A stretch of DNA of 64,000 nt from Elusimicrobiales bacterium (GCA_049972095.1 JBMFKQ010000004.1:5727-69726), one strand, 5' to 3'. Shown: positions 38,135 to 47,690, counted from the stretch's first letter. Notes: generated by a model from the sequence alone, not told the origin. Translations and numbers: made by a program.

Positions 38135-40498
38135 TTAATCCTCTTTTATTCTCATTCTATAAAAGCTTCTCCAGATAAATATAACAGAAAGTACAAAGAA
38201 GATAATGAAAAGAATAAATCTTGTTCTGTTATTAAGCTCTATTGCAAGCTCAACAGCAAGAAGTCCAAAAAGTGTTGTGAATTTGATTATTGGGTTCATA
38301 GAAACTGATGCAGTATCCTTAAATGGATCACCAACAGTATCTCCAACAACAGTTGCAGCATGAAGTTCAGTTCCTTTAGCATTCAACTCTGTCTCAACAA
38401 GCTTTTTAGCATTGTCCCATGCAGCACCAGCATTTGCCATAAAAACTGCCTGAAAAAGACCAAAGAGTGCTATTGATATAAGATAACCTATAAACAAATA
38501 ATGGTTCAGGCAAGCATAGGCAAGCGTTGCAAAGAAGACAGCAAGAAATATATTAAACATACCCCTTTGGGCATAAACAGTGCATATTTCAACCACCTTC
38601 TTTGAATCTGATACACTTGCTTTTGTAACCCCATCAAGCTTTATATTCTTCTTAATAAACTCTGTTGCTCTGTAAGCACCTGTGGTTACTGCCTGATTTG
38701 ATGCACCACTAAACCAATATATCATTGCCCCACCAACTATAAGTCCAAGGAAGAAATAAGGATTAAGTATTGAAAGTCCTTCAGTAGCACCTGCTTCTCC
38801 ATATTTTATTCTCAAAACCTGAATTATTGAAAATATCAAAGTTGTTGCTCCCACAACAGCAGTTCCTATTAAAACTGGTTTTGCAGTTGCCTTGAATGTG
38901 TTTCCGGCACCGTCATTTTCCTCAAGATATATCTTTGAGTTAAAATCCGGCTCAAAACCATAGCTCTTTTTAATATCCTGCTTTATGTTTGGTATATTCT
39001 CTATGGTTGAAAGCTCATATATTGATTGGGCATTGTCTGTGACAGGACCATAGGAATCAACAGCAATTGTTACAGGACCCATACCAAGAAAACCAAATGC
39101 AACAAGGCCAAAAGCAAAGACAGTTGGATTTACCATAATAGCATCAAGTCCGAGTCTGCTTACATAATATGCAATAGCCATAAGAAAAACTATAGCAATA
39201 CCAAGCCAGTATGATGAAAAATTTCCAGCCACAAAGCCCGAAAGTATATTAAGTGATGCGCCTCCTTCCTTTGAGGCATTCAGGACCTCCTTAACATGCT
39301 TTGACTTCGTTGATGTAAAAACCTTAACAAACTCAGGTATAATTGCACCTGCAAGAGTTCCACAGGTTATTATGGTGGCAAGCTTGTACCAATATGTGTT
39401 ATCTCCTCCAAGCTCTGGTATTATAAGACAGCTCAAGATGTATGTCATTATTATTGAGATAAAAGATGTAAGCCACACAAGCGATGTTAGTGGAAGCTCA
39501 AAATTAAGATGCCTTTCATCTTCATACCTTGATTTAAAATAAAAACCATTAATCCAGTAAGACACAATACTTGTTATTATCATTGCTATACGCATTACAA
39601 ATATCCATACAAGAAGCTGTATCTGAACTACAGGATCTTTCACTGCAAGAAGTATAAAGGTTATGAGAGCAACTCCTGTAACACCATATGTCTCAAAGCC
39701 ATCAGCAGTCGGACCAACAGAATCACCGGCATTGTCTCCGGTACAATCTGCAATAACACCCGGATTTCTTGCATCATCCTCTTTTATCTTGAATATTATC
39801 TTCATCAGATCTGAGCCAATATCAGCAATCTTAGTAAATATTCCTCCCGCTATTCTAAGCGCCGCAGCTCCAAGCGATTCTCCAATAGCAAAGCCTATAA
39901 AGCAGGGACCTGAGTATTCACCTGGAATGAAAAGAAGTATGATAAGCATTATTATTAGCTCCACGCTTATAAGAAGAGTTCCTATGCTTATGCCTGCCCT
40001 AAGAGGAATATCCATAGCAGGATATGGATATCCCTTAAGCACAGCAAAAGCTGTTCTTGAGTTTGCATAGGTATTCATTCTCATACCAAACCAGGCAACG
40101 CTATAAGAGCCCAAAATTCCTACAACACTAAATAAAAGGATTATAAAGACTTTTTCAGCTGTAAAATGCATAAGATATCCAAAATAGAAAAGGATTATAA
40201 CCGCAACAAAACACCACAAGATAAAAAGAAACCTTCCCTGAGTTAGAAGGTATGTTTTACAGGTTTCATATATCAATTCTGATACCTCAAGCATCGCTTT
40301 ATGAACTGGAAGTTTTCTAACATTTGCAAAGTGATAGAGTCCAAAAAGCATTCCTCCAAAACACACAACTATACCCCAAATAAGAAGACTATGCCCTGTG
40401 AAAGGACCAAAGTTGACTGTTGATAGATCAGGCACAATAAGATTTGCCTCACTTGCTGAAAGAGCCTGTACAAAAACAGATACAATCTTCATCATCAT
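38135..40498 (-). CDS. hppA: Membrane-bound H+-translocating pyrophosphatase, divergent K+-independent type
   Basis: GGIFTKIADIGSDL, EDDARNPGVIADCTGDNAGD, DSYGPVTDNA, GNTFKA (Lys determinant), GDTVGDPFKD. Confidence 0.95.
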   Translation of the reverse strand: MMMKIVSVFVQALSASEANLIVPDLSTVNFGPFTGHSLLIWGIVVCFGGMLFGLYHFANVRKLPVHKAMLEVSELIYETCKTYLLTQGRFLFILWCFVAVIILFYFGYLMHFTAEKVFIILLFSVVGILGSYSVAWFGMRMNTYANSRTAFAVLKGYPYPAMDIPLRAGISIGTLLISVELIIMLIILLFIPGEYSGPCFIGFAIGESLGAAALRIAGGIFTKIADIGSDLMKIIFKIKEDDARNPGVIADCTGDNAGDSVGPTADGFETYGVTGVALITFILLAVKDPVVQIQLLVWIFVMRIAMIITSIVSYWINGFYFKSRYEDERHLNFELPLTSLVWLTSFISIIMTYILSCLIIPELGGDNTYWYKLATIITCGTLAGAIIPEFVKVFTSTKSKHVKEVLNASKEGGASLNILSGFVAGNFSSYWLGIAIVFLMAIAYYVSRLGLDAIMVNPTVFAFGLVAFGFLGMGPVTIAVDSYGPVTDNAQSIYELSTIENIPNIKQDIKKSYGFEPDFNSKIYLEENDGAGNTFKATAKPVLIGTAVVGATTLIFSIIQVLRIKYGEAGATEGLSILNPYFFLGLIVGGAMIYWFSGASNQAVTTGAYRATEFIKKNIKLDGVTKASVSDSKKVVEICTVYAQRGMFNIFLAVFFATLAYACLNHYLFIGYLISIALFGLFQAVFMANAGAAWDNAKKLVETELNAKGTELHAATVVGDTVGDPFKDTASVSMNPIIKFTTLFGLLAVELAIELNNRTRFILFIIFFVLSVIFIWRSFYRMRIKED

Positions 40499-40532
40499 TT
40501 CCTCCTAACTAAAAATAAAACCTCTTTCTAAA

Positions 40533-40561
40533 AATATACAAAAATTTCCTTCAAAAATCAA
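40533..40561 (-). promoter_or_regulatory. sigma70-type promoter of hppA
   Basis: TTGATT-17nt-TATATT on the minus strand; SD AGGAGG before ATG. Confidence 0.6.
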
Positions 40562-40648
40562 ACAGCTTGAGATATCCATACTTTGTTGCAAATAGGAAGG
40601 AATTTTGAAGTTTTAAGGTATTAACCTTTATCTTCCACCTGCAAACCA

Positions 40649-41407
40649 TTATAAAAATCTCTTTATAACATCACTTGTTATCTCATAAACAGATGATATT
40701 TTATCAATATTTGCATAAAACTCATTAGAGCTAAAATTTAAGCAAATACTCCCGTTCTTCATAAAAAGCATCTGATCAAAATAATAAGATGCTGCTTTGA
40801 GATCATGCATAACAGCTATCACTGTTAGTTTTTCATTAATAACCATTTCTTTTAGCATTGAAAGGATCTCAATCCGATGTTTTATATCAAGATGTGATGT
40901 CGGTTCATCAACAAGAATAATAGATGTTTTTTGAACAGCTGCCTGTGCTATTAATACCATCTGCCTTTCTCCGTTTGAAAGCTCATTTATTCTCCTATTG
41001 AACAGATGCTCTATTCTCATAGCTCTTGCCACATCATAAATTAAATCAATGTCCTCATCACTGTAGAATGAAAAAAAGCTATGAAAACGCCTTCTTCCCA
41101 TAAGAAGTATATCCTTGACATAAAAATCAAAATAAAAAAAAGTATCACCACAAACATATGAAACAAGTTTTGATAATTCAACCTCATTGAGAAGTTTTAG
41201 CTCAGCATAAGAGTTATCCTTTCTTATCCTGACACTCCCTAAATAGTTCTTGTATATGCCTGAGATTATCTTAAGAAAAGTTGTTTTACCACAACCATTT
41301 GGTCCACAGAGTGCATAAAACCTACCACCTTCAAAATCAAAATTTAGTCCATTTAGGACCTTAATTCCTCTAATATATTCAAACGACAATCCAGAGATTT
41401 TTATCAT
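40649..41407 (-). CDS. ABC transporter ATPase (BtuD/FecE type)
   Basis: GPNGCGKTT, LSNGERQ, LVDEPTSHLD, VMHDL. Confidence 0.92.
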   Translation of the reverse strand: MIKISGLSFEYIRGIKVLNGLNFDFEGGRFYALCGPNGCGKTTFLKIISGIYKNYLGSVRIRKDNSYAELKLLNEVELSKLVSYVCGDTFFYFDFYVKDILLMGRRRFHSFFSFYSDEDIDLIYDVARAMRIEHLFNRRINELSNGERQMVLIAQAAVQKTSIILVDEPTSHLDIKHRIEILSMLKEMVINEKLTVIAVMHDLKAASYYFDQMLFMKNGSICLNFSSNEFYANIDKISSVYEITSDVIKRFL

Positions 41408-42336
41408 TTAAAAGCCCTTTTCACAACACTAAGATAGATAAAGAAAATTGAGCCAGCTATGGATGTGAATACCCCGGGCGGAATTTCAATAGGATAGAAA
41501 AAAAGCCTCGATGTTATACTTGATATTAAAAGCATAGAAGAACCAACTATCATACTCATTAAAAGTCTCTTTTCTTCACACAAGCTTCTAAATAAAAGCC
41601 TTGTTATATGTGGGCTCATAAGCCCAACAAAACCTATTATCCCTGACAAAGAAACTGATAAGGAAGAAAGTGCAGAAGAAAAAAGGAGTGATAAAAATAC
41701 AACCCTGTTTCTGTTTATCCCAAGTGTCAGCGATTTATCCTCATGAAAGGCAATTATCTTTATATCCTTCATCATTATAAAAACAAACAGAACTGAAAAA
41801 ACACCAGCTATTAAAGAGTAAACTATACTTCTCCAATCAGAGTATGAAAAACTCCCAAAGCTTATATGAAGAAAGCTCAGCGAGTTTTCCTTTGAAAATA
41901 TAACTCCAAGAACAATAATAGAGAGTATAAATGAATTGACAGCAACACCACTCAACAGTATGTTTCCGGGAATTTTTGATGCCCTTGATATCATTATGGA
42001 TAGATATGTTGATATGAATGCAAGAGATATTACAATAAAAAAATAACCACAAGATGATGATGACACTCCAAGCAAAATAGACAATATTATACCCAACATA
42101 GCACCACTTGATGTCCCGACTATAAACGGATCTGCAAGTGGATTTCTTGTTATCATCTGAACAATATATCCTGCTGATGAGAGAAATGCGCCTGTAAAAA
42201 AAATAGATATACTTCTGGGAATTCTTAGATCAAGTATAATCTCCTTATCATAATAGGGTAGATAAAGATCAATTAAAAAAAGCAGGATAAAAAAAATAAT
42301 TAAAAAAACAATTTTTATTTTTTCACCTTTCATCAA
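41404..42336 (-). CDS. FecCD/BtuC family permease
   Basis: LRIPR, RNPLADPFIVGTSSGA, GIIGFVGLMSPH, EIPPGV. Confidence 0.92.
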   Translation of the reverse strand: MMKGEKIKIVFLIIFFILLFLIDLYLPYYDKEIILDLRIPRSISIFFTGAFLSSAGYIVQMITRNPLADPFIVGTSSGAMLGIILSILLGVSSSSCGYFFIVISLAFISTYLSIMISRASKIPGNILLSGVAVNSFILSIIVLGVIFSKENSLSFLHISFGSFSYSDWRSIVYSLIAGVFSVLFVFIMMKDIKIIAFHEDKSLTLGINRNRVVFLSLLFSSALSSLSVSLSGIIGFVGLMSPHITRLLFRSLCEEKRLLMSMIVGSSMLLISSITSRLFFYPIEIPPGVFTSIAGSIFFIYLSVVKRAFK

Positions 42337-42342
42337 TCAAAA

Positions 42343-43155
42343 TCACTGAAAAATCTTTCTTAGGTTTTGCACAATACCAACAATTCTGGGAGTAGGTCTT
42401 GATATAATCTCTCTTTCGTATTCAGAAAATTTATAAACCTTTGAATTCTTAATGGCAGAGACTTTTTGCCAGGATATAAGAGACTTAAACTCATCTGGAT
42501 TTCTTGATGAGACTATAAGAATAACATCCGGATTTCTTCTTACAATCTCTTCCCAGTTTGTTTTAAAATATCCAAGCTTCACATCATTAAATATATTAAC
42601 ACCACCAGCCTTTAATATAACATCAGATATAAATGACTCACTGCCGCATGTCCAGAAATCATAATCTAAATCAACATATACTTTTTTAAAACTCTTTGGC
42701 TTCAATCCATCTTTGAGTTTTTTTTTCATAGTATTTATTATCTCTAACGCTCTGTCATTTTTGTTGATATATCTTGCTATCGTTTCTATTGTGATATATA
42801 TATCCTCCAGCTTTTTCTCCTGTGGTATAACAACTATCTTTATATTTCTTTTCAAAGCAAGTTTTTTTATAACATCATTTTTCCAATCACCCATAAATAT
42901 TATATCTGGCTTGAGTCTATATATCATCTCCTTATCTGGATTTAGATAATCCCCAACCTTTGTTATCATTTGTGCCTGGGGCGGATAATTGCAAAAATTT
43001 GTAACACCAACAAGATTATTTCCTCCCCCAAGTTCAAATATTATCTCGGTATATGATGGAAGTAGTGAAATAACCCTTTTGTGTGTTAAAGACTGCGGAA
43101 AAACCCAGCATGATAAAAAGAAAAGATGACTAAATAAAACTATAAAAGATCTCAT
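42343..43155 (-). CDS. BtuF-like metal-chelate/cobalamin-binding protein
   Basis: RVISLLPSYTEIIFELG, VGVTNFCNYP, AGGVNIF, WEEIVRRNPDVI, RPTPRI; signal peptide. Confidence 0.88.
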   Translation of the reverse strand: MRSFIVLFSHLFFLSCWVFPQSLTHKRVISLLPSYTEIIFELGGGNNLVGVTNFCNYPPQAQMITKVGDYLNPDKEMIYRLKPDIIFMGDWKNDVIKKLALKRNIKIVVIPQEKKLEDIYITIETIARYINKNDRALEIINTMKKKLKDGLKPKSFKKVYVDLDYDFWTCGSESFISDVILKAGGVNIFNDVKLGYFKTNWEEIVRRNPDVILIVSSRNPDEFKSLISWQKVSAIKNSKVYKFSEYEREIISRPTPRIVGIVQNLRKIFQ

Positions 43156-43880
43156 AGTCTCAATGCTATTTCATAGATATCAGAATAGCATTTTGTGTTT
43201 TTTATCTTCTCTATATCTCCAATGGCAGCATCAATACTACTATCATACCTTATTTTCATATCAGCCTTATCCTTAACCATATTCTCAATCTCAATTATCT
43301 CATATCCTTTTTCTTTGTAAATCACTATCATCCTGTTATAGACCTCAAGAGAAAGCGGTGAAGGAGTTCTTACTGCAATTACTTTAAACCTCTTTATTAG
43401 ATTAATAACATCAAAAGCAACATCATAAAAACCAGCCGGCATGTCAACAATTAGATAATCAAGCCTTCCCCATCTTGTAATAGTAAGAATCTCTTTTATG
43501 GCATCAGATATTGAACCTCCTCTTAATGCAACTGCTTTTTGCAAGATTTTGGAGTTAGGATGAATCTCGTTATGATAAAGAGAGTTTGAGAAGAATTGAA
43601 AACTCATAAAGGAAATACCATAAACCACAGGCGCAATTATTCCATTTTCCTCATAAGGATAGATGTCATAAACCCCAAGAATTCTATGACAGCTAAAAGA
43701 TGTTATATCAAGGTCAAGAAGCCCAACCTTATAACCTCTATCTGAAAGTGCAATGGATAAAAAAGTTGCTACAATACTCTTCCCAATCCCTCCCTTAAAT
43801 CCACTAACAAGGTAGATTTTCCTAATATCTTTAAGGTTATCATCTATTAAAGCAATTCTTGGATCTATATTCTTAACCAT
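43152..43880 (-). CDS. hypB: Mrp/MinD-family ATPase, ATPase-type HypB
   Basis: IDPR, KGGIGKS, VGLLDLD, LRGGSISDAIKEILTITRWGRLDYLIVDMP, TPSPLS; no C-terminal CxxC; directly after hypA. Confidence 0.8.
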   Translation of the reverse strand: MVKNIDPRIALIDDNLKDIRKIYLVSGFKGGIGKSIVATFLSIALSDRGYKVGLLDLDITSFSCHRILGVYDIYPYEENGIIAPVVYGISFMSFQFFSNSLYHNEIHPNSKILQKAVALRGGSISDAIKEILTITRWGRLDYLIVDMPAGFYDVAFDVINLIKRFKVIAVRTPSPLSLEVYNRMIVIYKEKGYEIIEIENMVKDKADMKIRYDSSIDAAIGDIEKIKNTKCYSDIYEIALRL

Positions 43881-43881
43881 T

Positions 43882-44283
43882 CTATTTCACCTCTTTAGAA
43901 TGAGTTTCCACAGCAAGGCTAACCCCTCTACCATCAACTATATCAAAATCAACACTCATACATCTTGGGCATCTTGTAAATGCCTTTACCATCTCTGGAA
44001 TAAAATGGATATTTTCCCTTTCTTTTTCATCATTAAGTTTAATATCCTTCATAGTAAATCTAAAACCACAACCTCTACATTCAAAAAGAGCAGATACATT
44101 CTCTATTTCATACTCAAAACTAAGGTTTTTTTGTTTCATTATCTCAGCGATTGCAAAATTAAAGATCTCCTTATCAATGCTTTGAAGCTCACCAAGAAGT
44201 ATTTTTATCCTTTTCCCCTTTAACTCATCATTGGTTTCAACGCTTCTAACTACACTTTCTGCTAAAGCCCATTCATGCATCAT
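43882..44283 (-). CDS. hypA: Hydrogenase nickel metallochaperone HypA
   Basis: MHEWALA, GELQ, CRGC...ENIHFIPE...CPRC, GRGV. Confidence 0.93.
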   Translation of the reverse strand: MMHEWALAESVVRSVETNDELKGKRIKILLGELQSIDKEIFNFAIAEIMKQKNLSFEYEIENVSALFECRGCGFRFTMKDIKLNDEKERENIHFIPEMVKAFTRCPRCMSVDFDIVDGRGVSLAVETHSKEVK

Positions 44284-44321
44284 CCCTCCCTTTAATCAGA
44301 TGACTGTTATTTTTATCCCTA

Positions 44322-45662
44322 TCATCTCACAGTTACGCTCAAATACATCGGTTCTCCATCTCTTATCATATCAAAAAGAACACCCTCAGATAAATCAACA
44401 GTTGAAAAAAACTTCACCATATCATCATAGCTCTTAAATCCCTTATTGTTAATCTTCAATATCTCATCCCCTTCTTTAAGATATCCTTTTAGAGGCGAGT
44501 TTGGCAAAATCTCTTTGACAACACAATAACCATCAGAGTAGACAAAAATCACTCCTTTAAACTCATACTCACCAGAAGATTTTGCACCACTAATACCTCT
44601 CTCTATATTAAGAAGCTCTTTATCAGATGGCCTTGGAGCTAAAACAGCTGTTGTTGTTCTTTCTTTTCCATCTCTAACATACTTTATCTCAACCTTATCA
44701 CCGGGATTTTTGTAATATATCCTCATAACAAGATCCTCATCATTATCAACATCTTCTCCATCTAAGGATACTATTATATCACCTCTTGCAAGCCCTGCCT
44801 TCTGAGCGGGTGAATTCCTATAAACCTTATTTATTATTCCACCCTTAGGAAGATTGTATGAAAAATATCTGTTCATAATAGCATCAGTTGGAAGAAGAGA
44901 GATTCCAAGCCATGCTCTTTTTACCTTCTTACCATACACAACCTCATCAACAACCTGTCTCACCTTCCAAGCAGGTATGGCAAAACCAATACCTGCAAAA
45001 GCACCACTTGGAGAATATATAGCTGAATTTATACCAACAACCCTACCATTTATATCAACAAGCGGACCGCCAGAGTTCCCCTGGTTTATTGCCGCATCAG
45101 TTTGAATAAGATTGTTGTAGATCCTTCCCTCAATCTTGAGATTGACATCCTTTGAGGATACTATACCCATAGTATATGTCTGCTTAAAGCCAAAAGGATA
45201 ACCAACAGCAAAAACTAAATCCCCTATATTTACAGCTGATGTAGAAAACTCAAGATATGGAAATTTTCTCCCTTTACCATCTATCTTAAGCACTGCTATA
45301 TCAAGTGCAGGCTCGCCACCAATGTATCTGGCAATGTATGATGTTTTTTTACCTTCATCATTCACCTCAATATTTATCTCATCAGCACCTCTTATAACAT
45401 GATCATTAGTTACTACATAGCCATCCTGAGTTATAATAACACCAGAACCTATTCCAGAAACCTCAAATCTGTAAATCTTCTCCATTGGAAAACCAAAGAA
45501 AAACTCAGGCTCTATAACGCTTATCTTACCTTCCTTTACAACCCTAACACTAACAACAGCCTTCTTTGTTTTTTCGATAATCGAGCCTATCTCTCCTTGA
45601 AGAAATGAAAGATTAACCCCAGCACATAGATTAATGGTTAAAATTATTGAGATAAGACTCAT
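44322..45662 (-). CDS. HtrA/DegP family serine protease with two PDZ domains
   Basis: GSGVII, TNDHV, IQTDAAINQGNSGGPL, GIGFAIP, SPAQKAGL. Confidence 0.93.
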   Translation of the reverse strand: MSLISIILTINLCAGVNLSFLQGEIGSIIEKTKKAVVSVRVVKEGKISVIEPEFFFGFPMEKIYRFEVSGIGSGVIITQDGYVVTNDHVIRGADEINIEVNDEGKKTSYIARYIGGEPALDIAVLKIDGKGRKFPYLEFSTSAVNIGDLVFAVGYPFGFKQTYTMGIVSSKDVNLKIEGRIYNNLIQTDAAINQGNSGGPLVDINGRVVGINSAIYSPSGAFAGIGFAIPAWKVRQVVDEVVYGKKVKRAWLGISLLPTDAIMNRYFSYNLPKGGIINKVYRNSPAQKAGLARGDIIVSLDGEDVDNDEDLVMRIYYKNPGDKVEIKYVRDGKERTTTAVLAPRPSDKELLNIERGISGAKSSGEYEFKGVIFVYSDGYCVVKEILPNSPLKGYLKEGDEILKINNKGFKSYDDMVKFFSTVDLSEGVLFDMIRDGEPMYLSVTVR

Positions 45663-45801
45663 ATCTACCTCCTATAAAATTATTATAGGAAACTTGACAG
45701 ATTTTATCAAAATTTATTAGAATTAGATTAAGGCTATTATACAAGCCTTTCGAACTTTCCGATAAAAACTCGGTGCAAAGTATATAATGAGGAGAAAAAC
45801 T

Positions 45802-46464
45802 ATGAAGAAGCTAATATTAGTTATAGTATCATCAGTAGGAATAATGCTTAAGGCAGAGGTATATGACTTCACGACAGACATAAATATAAAAACTGAGGGA
45901 ATAAAGACTGAACTACCTACTCCAAAACCTCAAATACTTAACAAAAACTCAACACAGACTCATAATCCCTATCTTTATCTTCCGATATTTAAAAAAATAA
46001 GATATGAATATTCATATACATCAACCAATTTTATAGGAACAAAGAAAATAGAGGTTGAGTTTGTTGAATATTCTACAAAAGACTCTCTTACAACTGCAAC
46101 AATAACATACTACAATAAAAACAATGTAAAAAAAGTAAATTATCAACTCAAAATCACTGATAAAGGAATCTTTGCAACAGATAGTATAATTGGTGATCAA
46201 AGGATTGAGATACCTATACCACTATTTAAGGATAGAAGATGGAGCGAAAATGGAAACGAAAACAGGGTAATAGGATTTTCATCTAAGGTTAAAACTCCTT
46301 ATGGAAGTTTTGATAGCTGCCTTAAAATACTAACAAGCATTAAAGGAAGTGAGATAGGAAAGAATGAGAGGTATTATGCTCCAAATGTAGGGCTTGTTAA
46401 GGAAGTATTCAAAAGTGAGGAAAGGGTTGATACAATAGAGCTTGTTAAGTTTGAGATTTACTAA
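45802..46464 (+). CDS. Secreted hypothetical protein
   Basis: Signal peptide MKKLILVIVSSVGIMLKA; VKTPYGSFDSCLKI...YYAPNVGLVK; SD GAGGAG. Confidence 0.7.
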   Translation: MKKLILVIVSSVGIMLKAEVYDFTTDINIKTEGIKTELPTPKPQILNKNSTQTHNPYLYLPIFKKIRYEYSYTSTNFIGTKKIEVEFVEYSTKDSLTTATITYYNKNNVKKVNYQLKITDKGIFATDSIIGDQRIEIPIPLFKDRRWSENGNENRVIGFSSKVKTPYGSFDSCLKILTSIKGSEIGKNERYYAPNVGLVKEVFKSEERVDTIELVKFEIY

Positions 46465-46469
46465 TAAAT

Positions 46470-46736
46470 ATGTTTGATAAGATAAGAGAACTATATGAAT
46501 TGAAAAATAAAGCAGAGGAGATAAAAAAAGAGCTTGATTCAATAAAATTTACATCAGAAGATGATATTTCATCTGTGACAGTAAGAGGCACAATGGAAGT
46601 TGACTCAATAGTAATAAAATGTGAACTTACACAATCTAATAAGTCTAAAATTGAAAACTCAATAAAGGAAAATATAAACAGAGCAACACGAAATGCTCAG
46701 ATTGAAAGCGCAAGAAAAATGCTTTCAAAAGGCTAA
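46470..46736 (+). CDS. YbaB/EbfC family nucleoid-associated protein
   Basis: MFDKIRELYELKNKAEEIKKEL, VTVRGTMEV..I.I, C-terminal helix. Confidence 0.75.
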   Translation: MFDKIRELYELKNKAEEIKKELDSIKFTSEDDISSVTVRGTMEVDSIVIKCELTQSNKSKIENSIKENINRATRNAQIESARKMLSKG

Positions 46737-46739
46737 ACA

Positions 46740-47621
46740 CTACCCGATGTGAAACATATCTTTTTTTAAGCAGATATCAGTTTCTAATTGGAGGGTTGTG
46801 TGATGGATTTTATATTTTTCTTTTAAAACATTCTCAATCTTCTTAAGCACCACACATGACTCTGAAACACTCATATCAGCTATCTCAATATGAGCCTCAA
46901 AATAAATATCACTTTCATTTCCAAGCCATGAATGTAGATCGTGAATATTTCTTACACCCTCTATTGACTCTATATCCTTCTTTATGCTTTCATAGTTAAG
47001 ATCTGCGGATGACTGCATAAGTATATTAAATGATCTTCTCAATACCTTCCACCCCTGATATATCATAACACATCCTATTATCAATGAAAGAAATGGATCT
47101 ATCCATAAAATAGAATGCCTTTTCACAAAAAAAGCACCAACCATAACAGCCAGTGAAAACAAGGCATCACCAAGCATATGAAGATATGCTGATTTCCAGT
47201 TGATGTTGTAATGAGAATCATTATGTATGATGAAGGCTGATATAGCATTCACAAGAAAAGCAAGAATTGATGTAAAAAGCATTATATCTGCATTAACAAC
47301 GGGTGCTAAAAAATATCTCTTAATTCCCTCAGCAATTATAAAGACAGAGATGATTATAAGAAATATTGAATTAACAAAAGCAGCAATAACCTCAGCCCTT
47401 TTATATCCATAGGTTTTTTCCCTGTTTGCTCCCTTAAAAGAATAAATCCAGGCAATATAGCTTATAAAGACACTTGCTGTATCCTCAATATTATGAAATG
47501 CATCTGAAACAAGTGCAAGACTTTGAGATATTATTCCAAGAATAAGCTCAAGCACAGAAACTAAAAGGTTTATTAAAACAACAAATATAAAGCGCCTTCC
47601 CTTAAATCTATATTGGTGCAT
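46740..47621 (-). CDS. Cation diffusion facilitator (CzcD/ZitB-like)
   Basis: SLALVSDAFHNIED, TYGYKRAE, AYLHMLGD, IHDLHSW, HTTLQLE. Confidence 0.93.
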   Translation of the reverse strand: MHQYRFKGRRFIFVVLINLLVSVLELILGIISQSLALVSDAFHNIEDTASVFISYIAWIYSFKGANREKTYGYKRAEVIAAFVNSIFLIIISVFIIAEGIKRYFLAPVVNADIMLFTSILAFLVNAISAFIIHNDSHYNINWKSAYLHMLGDALFSLAVMVGAFFVKRHSILWIDPFLSLIIGCVMIYQGWKVLRRSFNILMQSSADLNYESIKKDIESIEGVRNIHDLHSWLGNESDIYFEAHIEIADMSVSESCVVLKKIENVLKEKYKIHHTTLQLETDICLKKDMFHIG

Positions 47622-47690
47622 TATAGCTAATCTCTCATAACCTTTTTTAAAACAAGCACTATAAAAGATTATATCAAACTTGTTGATTTA

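Noticed and set aside
47622-47645. Three-codon uORF (ATG AGA GAT TAG) before the CDF gene
   Set aside because: Too short to assess, and no metal-sensing codons or structure are evident
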